A DNA stretch of 58,158 nucleotides from an uncultured Bacilli bacterium (lineage in GTDB: Bacteria; Bacillota_I; Bacilli_A; RF39; UBA660): the NCBI GenBank assembly GCA_944329195.1, contig CALVHX010000002.1:1-58158 (forward strand). Reading direction: 5' to 3'. Below, piece by piece: positions 1 through 9,305 of the stretch (its first letter is position 1; every line of letters begins with the position of its first letter). The notes under the pieces were generated by a model. The model saw only the letters and a program-made list of their open reading frames with translations, was not told the origin of the DNA and made no database searches. The position numbers and the translations under genes are program-made.

Positions 1-113
1 GGAATTCTTCTTTTAACTTAACATAATAAATAACTTAACATAAACACAATTATGTTAATCTACACATAATTTTGTGTAACAAGCAAAATTTTTTCTTTTT
101 TTTAATTTTAGTA

Positions 114-142
114 TTGACAAACTTCGACACTTAGATTATTAT
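114..142 (+). promoter_or_regulatory. Sigma-A-type promoter candidate (TTGACA - 17 nt - TATTAT) with a Spo0A-box-like heptamer in the spacer
   Basis: TTGACA 114..119, TATTAT 137..142, exact 17-nt spacer; TTCGACA 123..129; followed by an ORF-free structured transcript ending in a terminator. Confidence 0.4.
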
Positions 143-148
143 ATTAAT

Positions 149-247
149 CACCAGTTCGATTTAGGCGAATTGGTGCTAGTATCACACTAGCCAACCCCTT
201 TTTATTCTTTTTGGGAGACTGTTCCTTAGGGGGTCAGTCTCTTTTTT
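149..247 (+). ncRNA. Candidate ~100-nt stand-alone small RNA, family not recognised
   Basis: Hairpin CCAGTTCG/CGAATTGG (151..173); hairpin GCTAGT/ACTAGC (175..191); unpaired C-rich ACCCCTTTTT (194..203); terminator GAGACTG/CAGTCTC plus T6 (215..247); no ORF; next gene is convergent. Confidence 0.35.
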
Positions 248-275
248 GTGCCTTTTTATTTCCTATTATAATAAC

Positions 276-300
276 GAAAAAAGCAACTATTATAGTTGCT
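276..300 (-). terminator. Intrinsic terminator of the SASP gene (palindrome, usable in both directions)
   Basis: AGCAACTAT/ATAGTTGCT palindrome 282..300 preceded by an A-run on the plus strand, which gives a U-run on the minus-strand transcript. Confidence 0.6.
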
Positions 301-313
301 TTTATATATTTAA

Positions 314-526
314 CTATTTGCTTTGGTTATAACTTGAACCACTAAGTTGATTTTCCCCTAGTTTAACTAATCTTTTAGTGATTTCTCCACCAACAGATCC
401 GTTAGCTCTTGAAGTTGTATCTGGTCCTAAATTTACACCAAACTCATTAGCTATTTCATATTTCATTCTTTCGATAGCTTGCTTTGATCCAGGAACTACC
501 ATTTTACTATTTGAACTATTACTCAT
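314..526 (-). CDS. Small acid-soluble spore protein, alpha/beta type
   Basis: 70 aa; [17 protein letters not shown] and [15 protein letters not shown] match the two conserved SASP alpha/beta blocks; SD GGAGGTG upstream. Confidence 0.9.
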   Translation of the reverse strand: MSNSSNSKMVVPGSKQAIERMKYEIANEFGVNLGPDTTSRANGSVGGEITKRLVKLGENQLSGSSYNQSK

Positions 527-546
527 TATTTCACCTCCTACACTAA

Positions 547-575
547 TAGGTTGTGAAATATTGTTAATTTCATAC
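547..575 (-). promoter_or_regulatory. Forespore sigma-G/sigma-F-type promoter candidate for the SASP gene
   Basis: In gene orientation GTATG - 17 nt - CAACCTA. This fits GHATR-N17/18-CAxxxTA and lies about 20 nt upstream of the SD. Confidence 0.5.
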
Positions 576-605
576 TTTTATTTTAATGGTAATTTTTGCT
601 ATATA

Positions 606-1778
606 TCAGATGTCAAAATTATTTTCTTTATATCTTATTTTTATGGTTTGAATCGTATTGATGGCATCGGCAATTAAATTTTTATAATCAAAGCTTTGTT
701 CGTACAAAACTGCTTTATCAATACTTGGATTAATAACTGGGTGTTTTGGTAAAAAGATGGTACAGCAGTCTTCATATGGCAAAATCGAGATATCATACGT
801 TCCTATTTTTTTTGCGATGTTTATTATTTCCAACTTATCTAGACATGCAACTGGTCTTATAACTGGATAATTAGTCACCGAGTTTATTACATGCATACTG
901 GTTAAAGTTTGACTAGCTACTTGTCCAACGGATTCTCCATTTATGAGACAAAGACAAGAATTATTTTCCATGATTTTAGATGCTATTCGATACATCATTC
1001 TCCTCATTATGGTTATCATATATGTAGAGTCAATATTTTTATATATTGCCTCTTGAATATCGGTGAATTTCACGATATGAAGGGTAATAATAGGCTCGTA
1101 TTTTGTTAGCTCTCTTACTAGTTTTTTGACTTTACTTTTGGCCATTTCACTAGTATGTGGCGGAGATTCAAAATAAATACACTCTATTTTGATTCCCCTT
1201 TTCATGGCTAGATAGCCTGCGACTGGGGAATCTATTCCTCCTGATAGCATGAGAAGCCCTTTACCAGCCACTCCCACAGGATAACCTCCTAAAGCTGGAA
1301 TTTCCTTGTGATAAATGTATGTATAGTCTTCTCTAATCTCTATTTTTAGTAAATATTCAGGATGATGAACATCAACTGTAATATTAGGAATATTCTTTAA
1401 TATTAACGAACCTATTTGACGACTAAATTCCATACTTGGTATTTTAAAATTTTTGTCCGCTCTTTCTGTTTCTACTTTAAATGTTTTAAAATCTATCTGA
1501 CTAGCAATATTTAATGCATTTTCTTCTATTTCTTTTGTATTAGTATTTACTCTAGTAGCGATAACTATACTATGAATACCAAAAATATTTTGAAGAATTG
1601 ATACTATTTCATCAATATTATCTTCTACTTCAATGAACATTCTAACTCTATTTTTTATTATTTTTACATTGTAGGATGCTAGTGCATTTTTTATATTATT
1701 GTATAAGCAGTTTATAAAAATATTTCTATTACCACTTTTTGTTGTTAATTCACCATATTTTATCAAAATGATTTTCAT
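606..1778 (-). CDS. thiI: tRNA 4-thiouridine(8) synthase ThiI
   Basis: MKIILIKYGELTTKSGNR N-terminus, THUMP region, PP-loop LMLSGGIDSPVAG. Start moved to the ATG at 1778, which follows AGGTGA; the longer ORF start has no SD. Confidence 0.9.
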   Translation of the reverse strand: MKIILIKYGELTTKSGNRNIFINCLYNNIKNALASYNVKIIKNRVRMFIEVEDNIDEIVSILQNIFGIHSIVIATRVNTNTKEIEENALNIASQIDFKTFKVETERADKNFKIPSMEFSRQIGSLILKNIPNITVDVHHPEYLLKIEIREDYTYIYHKEIPALGGYPVGVAGKGLLMLSGGIDSPVAGYLAMKRGIKIECIYFESPPHTSEMAKSKVKKLVRELTKYEPIITLHIVKFTDIQEAIYKNIDSTYMITIMRRMMYRIASKIMENNSCLCLINGESVGQVASQTLTSMHVINSVTNYPVIRPVACLDKLEIINIAKKIGTYDISILPYEDCCTIFLPKHPVINPSIDKAVLYEQSFDYKNLIADAINTIQTIKIRYKENNFDI

Positions 1779-1786
1779 TATATCAC

Positions 1787-2155
1787 CTATTCTATTGTTA
1801 CACATTGAGATGTATTTTCGATAAATGTGTATGTATTATCTTGATAAAGAACATGACCACACAGTGTTCTTTTTTCATCAAACGGATCTTTCGCTTCTTC
1901 TTTTGTCAATAGTCCTTCTTCGATTAGTTTGGCGACAGTAACAGTCTCACCACTCGTAAATGTATTTTTATGACGATCAGCATAAATTTCCGCTGCTGAT
2001 TCAATCAATTCTATTTTGGCATTTTTTTGTTTTTCCTTACTTCTTTCTAATGATGATGTAACGCTTGGTATCGCTATTGACATAATTATGACAAGAATTA
2101 CAATTACTACTAATAATTCAACTAAAGTGAAGCCTTTATTACCGATTTTTTTCAT
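1787..2155 (-). CDS. Type IV pilin / pseudopilin-like protein (prepilin N-terminal cleavage-methylation motif)
   Basis: MKKIGNKG|FTLVELLVVIVILVII is a class III signal peptide; two C-terminal Cys; SD GGTGA before the ATG at 2155; stop lies 8 nt before the thiI start. Confidence 0.8.
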   Translation of the reverse strand: MKKIGNKGFTLVELLVVIVILVIIMSIAIPSVTSSLERSKEKQKNAKIELIESAAEIYADRHKNTFTSGETVTVAKLIEEGLLTKEEAKDPFDEKRTLCGHVLYQDNTYTFIENTSQCVTIE

Positions 2156-2228
2156 TTTTATCACCAATTTAATTATATATGATTATGTTCTTTTTTTCAA
2201 GAAAAAAGAATCAATTACTGATCCATTA

Positions 2229-4760
2229 TTATTTTATTTTTTCTTTTAACTTGCTCAAAGTACTTATCGCCTCGATAGGAGTCATATTTAAAATATCAAG
2301 TGCTTTAATTTCTTCTTCTACTTCTGATTTTTTATCTTCAAAATTTAATGGCAAAGTAGTTTGAATGACAATATCTTTTTTCTTCTCCTTACTTTCATAC
2401 ACTTTTAAAATATTAGAAGCCCTTTCAATTACTTCATCTGGCAATCCTGCTAATTTTGCGACATTTATACCATAGCTTTTATCTACTGAACCATCTTTTA
2501 CTTTATGCAGAAAGATGATGTTTCCATTTTCTTCTATGGCTGATACATGCTTATTTTTTAAATTCGATAAGTTTTTTTCCATATCAGTAAGTTCGTGATA
2601 ATGCGTAGAGAATAAAGTCTTACACTTTATTTTCTTAGCAATGTATTCTAAAATTGCTTCTGCTAAACTCATACCATCAAATGTTGCGGTTCCACGACCC
2701 AATTCATCAAATAGGATCAAACTATCTTTAGTAGCATATTTTATGGCACGAGATGCTTCCATCATTTCGACCATGAATGTAGATTCCCCACTTACTAAAT
2801 CATCAGAGGCACCTATTCTCGTAAATATTTTATCGAAAATTGGTATAGTTGCTTCTTTGGCTGGGACAAAGCAGCCAATTTGTGCCATGATAGAAATTAT
2901 CCCTAATTGTCGCATGTATGTTGATTTACCTGCCATGTTTGGACCTGTTATTAGTAATATATCGGTGTTGCTATCCATAATTATATCATTTGGAACATAT
3001 TCTGCAGTAGTTAGAACTTTTTCGACTACTGGATGTCTTGAAGAAATAATTTTTATTTCATTAGACGATGATATGGTTGGTCTTACATAATTATATTTTT
3101 CAGATACTAGAGCAAATGATTCAAGAACATCAATTTCACTTATGGCTTTAGATATTTCTTGTAATTGTGGTATATATTGTTTGCATTTTTCTCTGATTTC
3201 AATGAATAGATTATATTCTAAATTTATAATTTTATCTTCGGCAGATAGAACTAGATCTTCTTTTTCTTTTAAAAGAGGAGTAATAAACCTTTCACAATTA
3301 GCAAGCGTCTGCTTCCTGATATAGCCCATATCTTCTGTTACTAATTGTAGATAAGATTTGGATATTTCTATATAATAACCAAAAACTTTATTAAATCCCA
3401 CTTTTAACCCTTTTATACCTGTTCTTTCTCTTTCTTGTGCTTCAAATTTACTAATGAAATCTTTTCCACCTTTCCTTAAATCTTTTAATTCATCTAATTC
3501 TTTAGAAAATCCTTCTTTAATCAAAAAGCCTTCCTTCAATGAACTTGGTGGTTCCTCATAAATGGAATTTTCTAGTAAGCTATATAGGTCTTCTAACGTG
3601 GTTATACTCTCATAAAAGTCTATTTTTTCTAATTTTTCTTTTATTTCTGGCAATACTTTAAGTGATAGCTTTAACTGAAGTAAATCTTTTGCGGTAGCAG
3701 AGCCAAACGATATTTTTCCGCAAAGCCTTTCTAAATCATACACTTCATATAGATTATTTCGCAACTCCTCAGCAAGAATAAACTCTTCTAATAATTTTTC
3801 TACAACATTATATCTTCTATTTATTTTAGTTACATCTAACAGCGGGTTTTCAATAAAATTTTTTAACTTTCTGGATCCCATGGCAGTCTTCGTATTATCT
3901 AAAAGCCAAAGTAGAGAATAATTTCTTTCTTTTGTGCGCAGGCATTCAGTAAGTTCTAAATTTCTTTTTGTGTGAATATCCATAGCGAGAAACAATTCTC
4001 TCTCTTTAATGACAACTTTTTGAAAATGCGATAAATTCCTCTTTTGAGATACTGATAGGTAATATAATAACATCTGAATAGACTTTACTATTCTTTCATC
4101 AGAGATATTTTGATATATGTTAGAATAGTCATCTGATAAAAATTTGTCACTTATCGTTAATGGGATTTTTTGGGATTTTATTTTTGATAATAGATTTTTA
4201 TTTATATTGCTATTTGTGATTACTTCTTTTATTTCCAATGATAAAATTTTGTAAACGACATCATCAAGATTATTTTCTAATACTTCTGAGTATATTTCAC
4301 CAGTAGTAATATCTGAATATGTTAGCGCAAATCCATACGAAAAATCATATAAACTTCCTATGTAATTATTTTCCTTTTCATTTAGAGAATTACCACTGAT
4401 AATAGTCCCAGAAGATATCACTTCGACAACATCTCTTTTGACAATTCCTTTGGCACTTTTGGGATCTTCTAACTGTTCGCATATTGCGACTTTAAAACCT
4501 TTTTTTATTAGTTTGTCGATATACATTTCGGCAGCATGAAATGGAACTCCACACATAGGAACACGTTCATCCAAACCGGCTGATTTTCCTGTCAATGTAA
4601 GTTCTAAGGCGTGAGCGACTGTCTCTGCGTCTTCAAAAAACATCTCATAGAAATCTCCTAGTCTATATAGTATTATTGTATCCTCGTATTTATCTTTAAG
4701 TTCGACATAATGCTTCATCATTGGAGATAATTTGTTTCGATCTACTTCATTTCTTTTCAT
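2229..4760 (-). CDS. mutS: DNA mismatch repair protein MutS
   Basis: 843 aa; LSPMMKHYVELK...GDFYEMFFEDA mismatch-binding N-terminus; Walker A TGPNMAGKSTYMRQ; STFMVEM; DELGRGT. Confidence 0.95.
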   Translation of the reverse strand: MKRNEVDRNKLSPMMKHYVELKDKYEDTIILYRLGDFYEMFFEDAETVAHALELTLTGKSAGLDERVPMCGVPFHAAEMYIDKLIKKGFKVAICEQLEDPKSAKGIVKRDVVEVISSGTIISGNSLNEKENNYIGSLYDFSYGFALTYSDITTGEIYSEVLENNLDDVVYKILSLEIKEVITNSNINKNLLSKIKSQKIPLTISDKFLSDDYSNIYQNISDERIVKSIQMLLYYLSVSQKRNLSHFQKVVIKERELFLAMDIHTKRNLELTECLRTKERNYSLLWLLDNTKTAMGSRKLKNFIENPLLDVTKINRRYNVVEKLLEEFILAEELRNNLYEVYDLERLCGKISFGSATAKDLLQLKLSLKVLPEIKEKLEKIDFYESITTLEDLYSLLENSIYEEPPSSLKEGFLIKEGFSKELDELKDLRKGGKDFISKFEAQERERTGIKGLKVGFNKVFGYYIEISKSYLQLVTEDMGYIRKQTLANCERFITPLLKEKEDLVLSAEDKIINLEYNLFIEIREKCKQYIPQLQEISKAISEIDVLESFALVSEKYNYVRPTISSSNEIKIISSRHPVVEKVLTTAEYVPNDIIMDSNTDILLITGPNMAGKSTYMRQLGIISIMAQIGCFVPAKEATIPIFDKIFTRIGASDDLVSGESTFMVEMMEASRAIKYATKDSLILFDELGRGTATFDGMSLAEAILEYIAKKIKCKTLFSTHYHELTDMEKNLSNLKNKHVSAIEENGNIIFLHKVKDGSVDKSYGINVAKLAGLPDEVIERASNILKVYESKEKKKDIVIQTTLPLNFEDKKSEVEEEIKALDILNMTPIEAISTLSKLKEKIK

Positions 4761-4939
4761 ACTTTTTTAACCTTCTTTGCCCTTACATTATATCATTTTA
4801 GGAAAAAAATGTAAATTATAAATATTGCTTTCTAACTGCTAATCAAAGATGATATAGTAAAATTTTTCTTTTTTATTTTTAAGTTTAAACGTATTGTTAT
4901 TTTTTTATAGTTAATATATAATATTATATGGTGATAGTA

Positions 4940-6088
4940 ATGAAGAAAAAAAGAAAGCTTAGAAAAGGAAGAATATTACTTTTAGTATTAGTTATTGTTC
5001 TATTTATTTCTTCTCTTTTATATTTTTTGCTACCTAGAAATTACGGTTATAGAAAAGAAACTATTGATGTCTTTAAAGAAGAAAATATCTATAACAAAAT
5101 TATGGATAAAAAGAAATACTCAAAAACTTTAGAAATGGTAGTATTAAGTAACAGTTTCAATGAGGAATATTTAGATGAGTATTTAGAAATTAATTATGTT
5201 GAAAGTGATGATAGTTTTATTAATGATATCAATAAATTGCTATCTCTTGGATATAAAAGTAAAGAGATAAATGTATTTTACGAAAACATACCAGATAGTA
5301 TTTCTGTTATTGTAAATAACCGCTACAACAGCAATATAACTAATTATTTGAACTTAAATTATTTTATAGAAGATAATTTGGATAGATATATTAAGTATGA
5401 AAATAATGATACAAAATTCGATTCTATTTATAATACTGATGTAATAAAGGAAAATTATAATTATGAGGATACTGTTACATTCGTAAATGCTTATTTAGAT
5501 AGAGATTATTATTCAAATGATATTAATTTGTCCAACGAAGAAGCTAGTGCTATTGATGTTATTGTAAATAAATATTATAAACTAAATGAAAATTACGAGC
5601 CAAGTGATTTGGTTACTATTGACAGTAAGTTTGCTTCTAATAATCAAAGACTTAGGAAGGAAGCTGCTGATAAGTTTGAAGAGATGGCTGCAGATGCTTT
5701 GGCTAGTGGCATTAAAATATATGCCGGTTCTACTTATCGTTCTTATGATTATCAATTAGATCTTTATAATAGGTACGTCTTGCAAGATGGTTTTGCAGAG
5801 GCAGAAACTTATTCAGCAAGAGCTGGATATTCTGAGCATCAACTTGGTTTGGCAGTAGATGTCTTAAATGGTGATTGGCAATACTTGAGTGAAAATGATG
5901 ACGAGTATACTTGGCTTATTGATAACTCTTATAAGTATGGTTTTATTCTTAGATATCCCAGAAATAAAGAATATGTTACTGGTTATATGTTCGAAGATTG
6001 GCATTTTAGATATTTGGGTGTTGAACTTGCAAATAAAGTTAAATTGAGTGGCCTTACTTATGATGAGTATGTAGCTAGAGGAGTATAA
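4940..6088 (+). CDS. Membrane-anchored D-alanyl-D-alanine carboxypeptidase, VanY/M15B family
   Basis: N-terminal TM helix; SGYRSY-like STYRSYDYQ, SEHQLGLAVDV and EDWHFRYLG zinc-peptidase motifs; start at the ATG after GGTGA. Confidence 0.85.
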   Translation: MKKKRKLRKGRILLLVLVIVLFISSLLYFLLPRNYGYRKETIDVFKEENIYNKIMDKKKYSKTLEMVVLSNSFNEEYLDEYLEINYVESDDSFINDINKLLSLGYKSKEINVFYENIPDSISVIVNNRYNSNITNYLNLNYFIEDNLDRYIKYENNDTKFDSIYNTDVIKENYNYEDTVTFVNAYLDRDYYSNDINLSNEEASAIDVIVNKYYKLNENYEPSDLVTIDSKFASNNQRLRKEAADKFEEMAADALASGIKIYAGSTYRSYDYQLDLYNRYVLQDGFAEAETYSARAGYSEHQLGLAVDVLNGDWQYLSENDDEYTWLIDNSYKYGFILRYPRNKEYVTGYMFEDWHFRYLGVELANKVKLSGLTYDEYVARGV

Positions 6089-6097
6089 AATAAAAGC

Positions 6098-6117
6098 GCT
6101 TCATTGTGAAGCTTTTT
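6098..6117. terminator. Bidirectional intrinsic terminator between convergent genes
   Basis: GCTTCA ttg TGAAGC hairpin flanked by an A-run and a T-run. Confidence 0.55.
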
Positions 6118-6132
6118 ATTTGTTTTAAATAA

Positions 6133-7356
6133 TTAATTTTCTAATAATGACTTAATTGCTCTACTAATGATTATTTTACCGTATTGATAACTTATGCCTC
6201 CTTGCTGATAAGCTATATATGGCGTTCTAAGCGGGCCATCGCATGATAGTTCAATAGAACTTCCTTGCGTAAAACTACCTGAAGCCATAATTATTTTATC
6301 CTCATAGCCCGGCATGTCAGATGGCTCTACTAATGAGTTAGAATCAATTTTTGAGTTTTTTTGAATTTGTCTTACATATTTTATTAGTTTATCTTTATCT
6401 CTAAATATAATATTTTGGACTATATCTACCCTTTCATCATTATATTTTGGGCTTACATCATATCCTAATTTTTCAAACATATATGCTGTAAAAATACTTG
6501 TTTTAAGAGCATTAGCTACAACCATTGGTGAAAAATATAGTCCCTCTAGAATATATCTATTTTGTCCAAGCGATGGACCTACTTCAAAATCTTGACCCGG
6601 AACGTTTAATCTTTCGGCGCATAGTGTTAAGAGTTCTTTTCTTCCGACAATATACCCACCATTGGTAGCAATTGCTCCTCCAAGATTTTTAATAAGCGAG
6701 CCTACACAAATATCTGCTCCTACTTCTGTAGGTTCTTTTTTCCCTACTAATTCGCAATAGCAATTATCTACCATAATTATTACTTCAGCACTTATTTCTC
6801 TTATTACTTTGATAACTTTTTCTATTTTGTCTATGCTAATGCTTTCTCTAGTGCTATACCCTTTACTTCTCTGTATTTCAATAACCTTTATTTTTTCTTT
6901 TCTTAGCGTATTTCTTATTTTGTCGTAGTCAAAGTCATTATTGATTAAATCAATTTGTCTATATTTTATTCCAAAGGATTTAAGGGACGATTTATTATTG
7001 TTAAAACCAATAATACTATCTAACGTGTCGTATGGTTTTCCTGTAATAGAAAGGAGAATGTCGTTAGGCCTTAATAGGGCAAAAAGACATGTACTTATGG
7101 CGTGGGTTCCTGAAATAAACTGCGTTCTGACTAGAGCGCTTTCCGTTTTAAATACATCAGCATAAACCCTTTCTATTTTGTCTCTTCCAATATCTCCATA
7201 TCCATATCCTGTAGAGCCATAAAGATCTGTCTCACAAATATTGTTTTCAATAAAAGAGTTTAATATTTTTTCACTATTATATTCTTCAACATCGTCTATT
7301 TTTTTGAAAATGTCTTCTAATTCTTCGGTAGCATTTTGTAGTAATTTGTCAATCAT
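6133..7356 (-). CDS. PLP-dependent methionine gamma-lyase family protein (YnbB / aluminium-resistance family)
   Basis: 407 aa; STGYGYGDIGRDKIERVYADVF and FISGTHAI motifs typical of the family. Confidence 0.75.
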   Translation of the reverse strand: MIDKLLQNATEELEDIFKKIDDVEEYNSEKILNSFIENNICETDLYGSTGYGYGDIGRDKIERVYADVFKTESALVRTQFISGTHAISTCLFALLRPNDILLSITGKPYDTLDSIIGFNNNKSSLKSFGIKYRQIDLINNDFDYDKIRNTLRKEKIKVIEIQRSKGYSTRESISIDKIEKVIKVIREISAEVIIMVDNCYCELVGKKEPTEVGADICVGSLIKNLGGAIATNGGYIVGRKELLTLCAERLNVPGQDFEVGPSLGQNRYILEGLYFSPMVVANALKTSIFTAYMFEKLGYDVSPKYNDERVDIVQNIIFRDKDKLIKYVRQIQKNSKIDSNSLVEPSDMPGYEDKIIMASGSFTQGSSIELSCDGPLRTPYIAYQQGGISYQYGKIIISRAIKSLLEN

Positions 7357-8084
7357 CTTATTCCTCCATCAACTCTTATTACACTTTTATTTATATAACT
7401 AGCCGCATCACTTATTAAGAACTTTACAGTGTTTGCTATTTCCTCTGGATTAGCAAAACGATTAAGCAATATTTTTTCCTCTTCGTTATGGATAAAATAC
7501 TTGTCTAAATTACTATTCATTTCTGTATTTACCCATCCTGGGCAAACTGTGTTTACTCTTACATATGGAGCTAGGTAATTTGCTAAATTATTCGATACGG
7601 AAATTAATCCCGCCTTTGAGGCATCATAATCTAAACTTTCAGGATACTCTGTATCTATTCCATTAGTTGAGCTTATATTTATAATTACTCCATACTTATT
7701 TTTTTTCATCTTAAGTCCTATCTTTTTGCTTAAGATAAATGGTGCCACTAAATTTATATCCAGTATTTTTCTGAAATTTTCTTTCGTTTTATCCTCAAAA
7801 ATTGTATCGATTGCCATAGCGGCATTATTTATCAAAATATCTATTTTATCATATTTTTGATAAATTATATCGAGCATACTGTCTATTTCTTCCTCACTTG
7901 CGAGATTACATTTAACAGCAAGAAATTGTCTTTTGTATTTCTCTTCTAGCTCATTTTTTAATTTCAGTGCGTTTCCTCTATTACTATTATAGTGAATTAT
8001 AACTTCATAATCGGGAGCTAGAGCTCTTGCAGTTTCCTTTCCTATTCCAGAAGAAGCTCCTGTTATTAATATGGTTTTTTTCAT
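7353..8084 (-). CDS. Short-chain dehydrogenase/reductase (SDR)
   Basis: TGASSGIGKE cofactor motif, NNAA, catalytic YDASKAG; 4-nt overlap with the downstream gene. Confidence 0.85.
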   Translation of the reverse strand: MKKTILITGASSGIGKETARALAPDYEVIIHYNSNRGNALKLKNELEEKYKRQFLAVKCNLASEEEIDSMLDIIYQKYDKIDILINNAAMAIDTIFEDKTKENFRKILDINLVAPFILSKKIGLKMKKNKYGVIINISSTNGIDTEYPESLDYDASKAGLISVSNNLANYLAPYVRVNTVCPGWVNTEMNSNLDKYFIHNEEEKILLNRFANPEEIANTVKFLISDAASYINKSVIRVDGGIR

Positions 8085-8183
8085 TATTACACCTCTTGTG
8101 ATATTGTATCACATATTTTTATATTTTTTCAAATAAACTACTTGTCAAATATAAATTTATATGATATTATTATTACTGTCTAT

Positions 8184-8260
8184 GGCGGAATTGGTGAAGT
8201 GGTTAACACGGTGGATTGTGGTTCCATTATTCGTGGGTTCGATTCCCACATTCCGTCCCA
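8184..8260 (+). tRNA. tRNA-His (GTG), with encoded G-1 and CCA
   Basis: Cloverleaf folded by hand; anticodon loop TTGTGGT; extra 5' G pairs with C73; GGTTCGATTCC T-arm. Confidence 0.9.
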
Positions 8261-8274
8261 TTTTTAATTTAAAC

Positions 8275-8296
8275 TCCCATGTTATTGGGATTTTTA
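8275..8296 (+). terminator. Weak intrinsic terminator after tRNA-His
   Basis: TCCCA/TGGGA stem followed by TTTTT. Confidence 0.35.
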
Positions 8297-8367
8297 TTAT
8301 TATTTACCAATATTTTATTGGGTTTGACAATTTATCTCTTGTGTTGAATTTAAAAAGAAAGTGCTTT

Positions 8368-8811
8368 CTAACCAAGCCTTTCTTTTATTAATTTATTAAC
8401 TAATGACATATCTGCTTTTCCTTTTACCTTTGGAGATATGCTTTTCATTATTATTCCTATATCTTTAGTACTTGTTGGTTTTACTTCTTCAAAAACCTTA
8501 TCAATAATCTTATTTAATTCTTCTAAAGATAATTCTTCTGGCATATAAGCACTTAAAATTTCTATCTCTTTTTTGTTTTGTAATACTAGATCTTCTCTAT
8601 TTGCCTCTTCAAACTGTGAAATTGCTTCTCTTCTCATTTTAATTTGCTTTGAAATCACATTTATAACATCATCATCAGTTAGCTCTTCACGAGGGTTAGG
8701 TTTTGCTACTTGCATAGCTCCTTTTATCATTCTTATTACACCAAGCTTAAAACTATCTTTATTTTTCATAGCATCTTTTAAATCATTATTAATTTTTTCA
8801 GACAATGTCAT
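8368..8811 (-). CDS. GatB/YqeY domain protein
   Basis: 147 aa; LKDAMKNKD...LGVIRMIKGA...ISQFEEANR pattern; conserved position downstream of rpsU. Confidence 0.85.
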   Translation of the reverse strand: MTLSEKINNDLKDAMKNKDSFKLGVIRMIKGAMQVAKPNPREELTDDDVINVISKQIKMRREAISQFEEANREDLVLQNKKEIEILSAYMPEELSLEELNKIIDKVFEEVKPTSTKDIGIIMKSISPKVKGKADMSLVNKLIKERLG

Positions 8812-8823
8812 ACCAATTACTCC

Positions 8824-9030
8824 TTAATAATTTTTTCTATTTTTTCTAGAATTAATTGTATTTTTCTTTTTCTCTTCTTTCAATTTTACTCCTGGTTTTT
8901 TATATCCTTCTGCTCTTTCTTTAGCTTTAGAGAGATTACCATTTCGTGCAACTTGATTTTTGAATTTTTTAAGAGCAAATTCGACATCATTATTTCTTAC
9001 ACTAACGGTTACTTTAGTTCCTGCCGACAT
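8824..9030 (-). CDS. rpsU: 30S ribosomal protein S21
   Basis: VSVRNNDVEFALKKFKNQVARNG...EGYKKPGVKLKEEKKK; start at the ATG after GGAAGGAGGG; consensus promoter TTGTAA-17-TATAAT at about 9060..9090. Confidence 0.9.
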   Translation of the reverse strand: MSAGTKVTVSVRNNDVEFALKKFKNQVARNGNLSKAKERAEGYKKPGVKLKEEKKKNTINSRKNRKNY

Positions 9031-9126
9031 CTTATCCCTCCTTCCGCTTTTCATTAAAGATTATAACATTATTTGACATATTTTACAAGCAGAATATTTA
9101 ATAAAATATGGTTTTTTGCCTTTTTT

Positions 9127-9294
9127 TTAAATATCGCACATTTTTCCGGACACTTTTCTTCGAATATAACTTCCTAGGGACTCTCCTATTTGATAAATCA
9201 CTTCTAAAGTACGATAAAATGCAGATAGCATAGAAGCGGTTAAAGAAGCTCCTCCAGAAACTTCGATCATTTCTGTTTTTTCTAATTTTTTCAT
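9127..9294 (-). CDS. Double-glycine-leader peptide B (55 aa), class II bacteriocin-like precursor; not in the ORF track
   Basis: Hand-translated: MKKLEKTEMIEVSGG|ASLTASMLSAFYRTLEVIYQIGESLGSYIRRKVSGKMCDI. SD GGAGGAG lies 5 nt before the ATG. Leader has L-12, E-8, M-7, V-4, GG. Confidence 0.75.
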   Translation of the reverse strand: MKKLEKTEMIEVSGGASLTASMLSAFYRTLEVIYQIGESLGSYIRRKVSGKMCDI

Positions 9295-9305
9295 ATTAAC
9301 TCCTC

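Noticed and set aside
378-677. 99-aa plus-strand ORF overlapping the SASP gene and the thiI 3' end
   Set aside because: It lies antisense to two well-supported genes, has low-complexity composition and has no SD. It is a typical shadow ORF in AT-rich DNA.
2641-3090. 149-aa ORF antisense to mutS. The same applies to the other antisense ORFs in the track: 6941..7165, 8573..8827, 15270..15611, 23526..23807, 24573..25256, 27113..27370, 30068..30364, 37130..37324, 40609..41353, 41686..42257, 43680..44285, 46340..46654, 47806..48033, 53648..53908, 54606..54794, 56878..57090 and 57548..57757
   Set aside because: All are embedded antisense in long ORFs with clear family signatures. They have no ribosome-binding sites or recognisable motifs.
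8980-8986. Exact 0A-box heptamer (TTCGACA) inside rpsU
   Set aside because: It lies within the coding sequence of a ribosomal protein gene. It is consistent with chance occurrence and is used only as a caution for the other two 0A-box calls.
9055-9126. Possible terminator separating peptide B from rpsU
   Set aside because: No convincing hairpin is present, only an interrupted run of A and T. The interval is better explained as the rpsU promoter (TTGTAA-17-TGtTATAAT), so read-through cannot be excluded.
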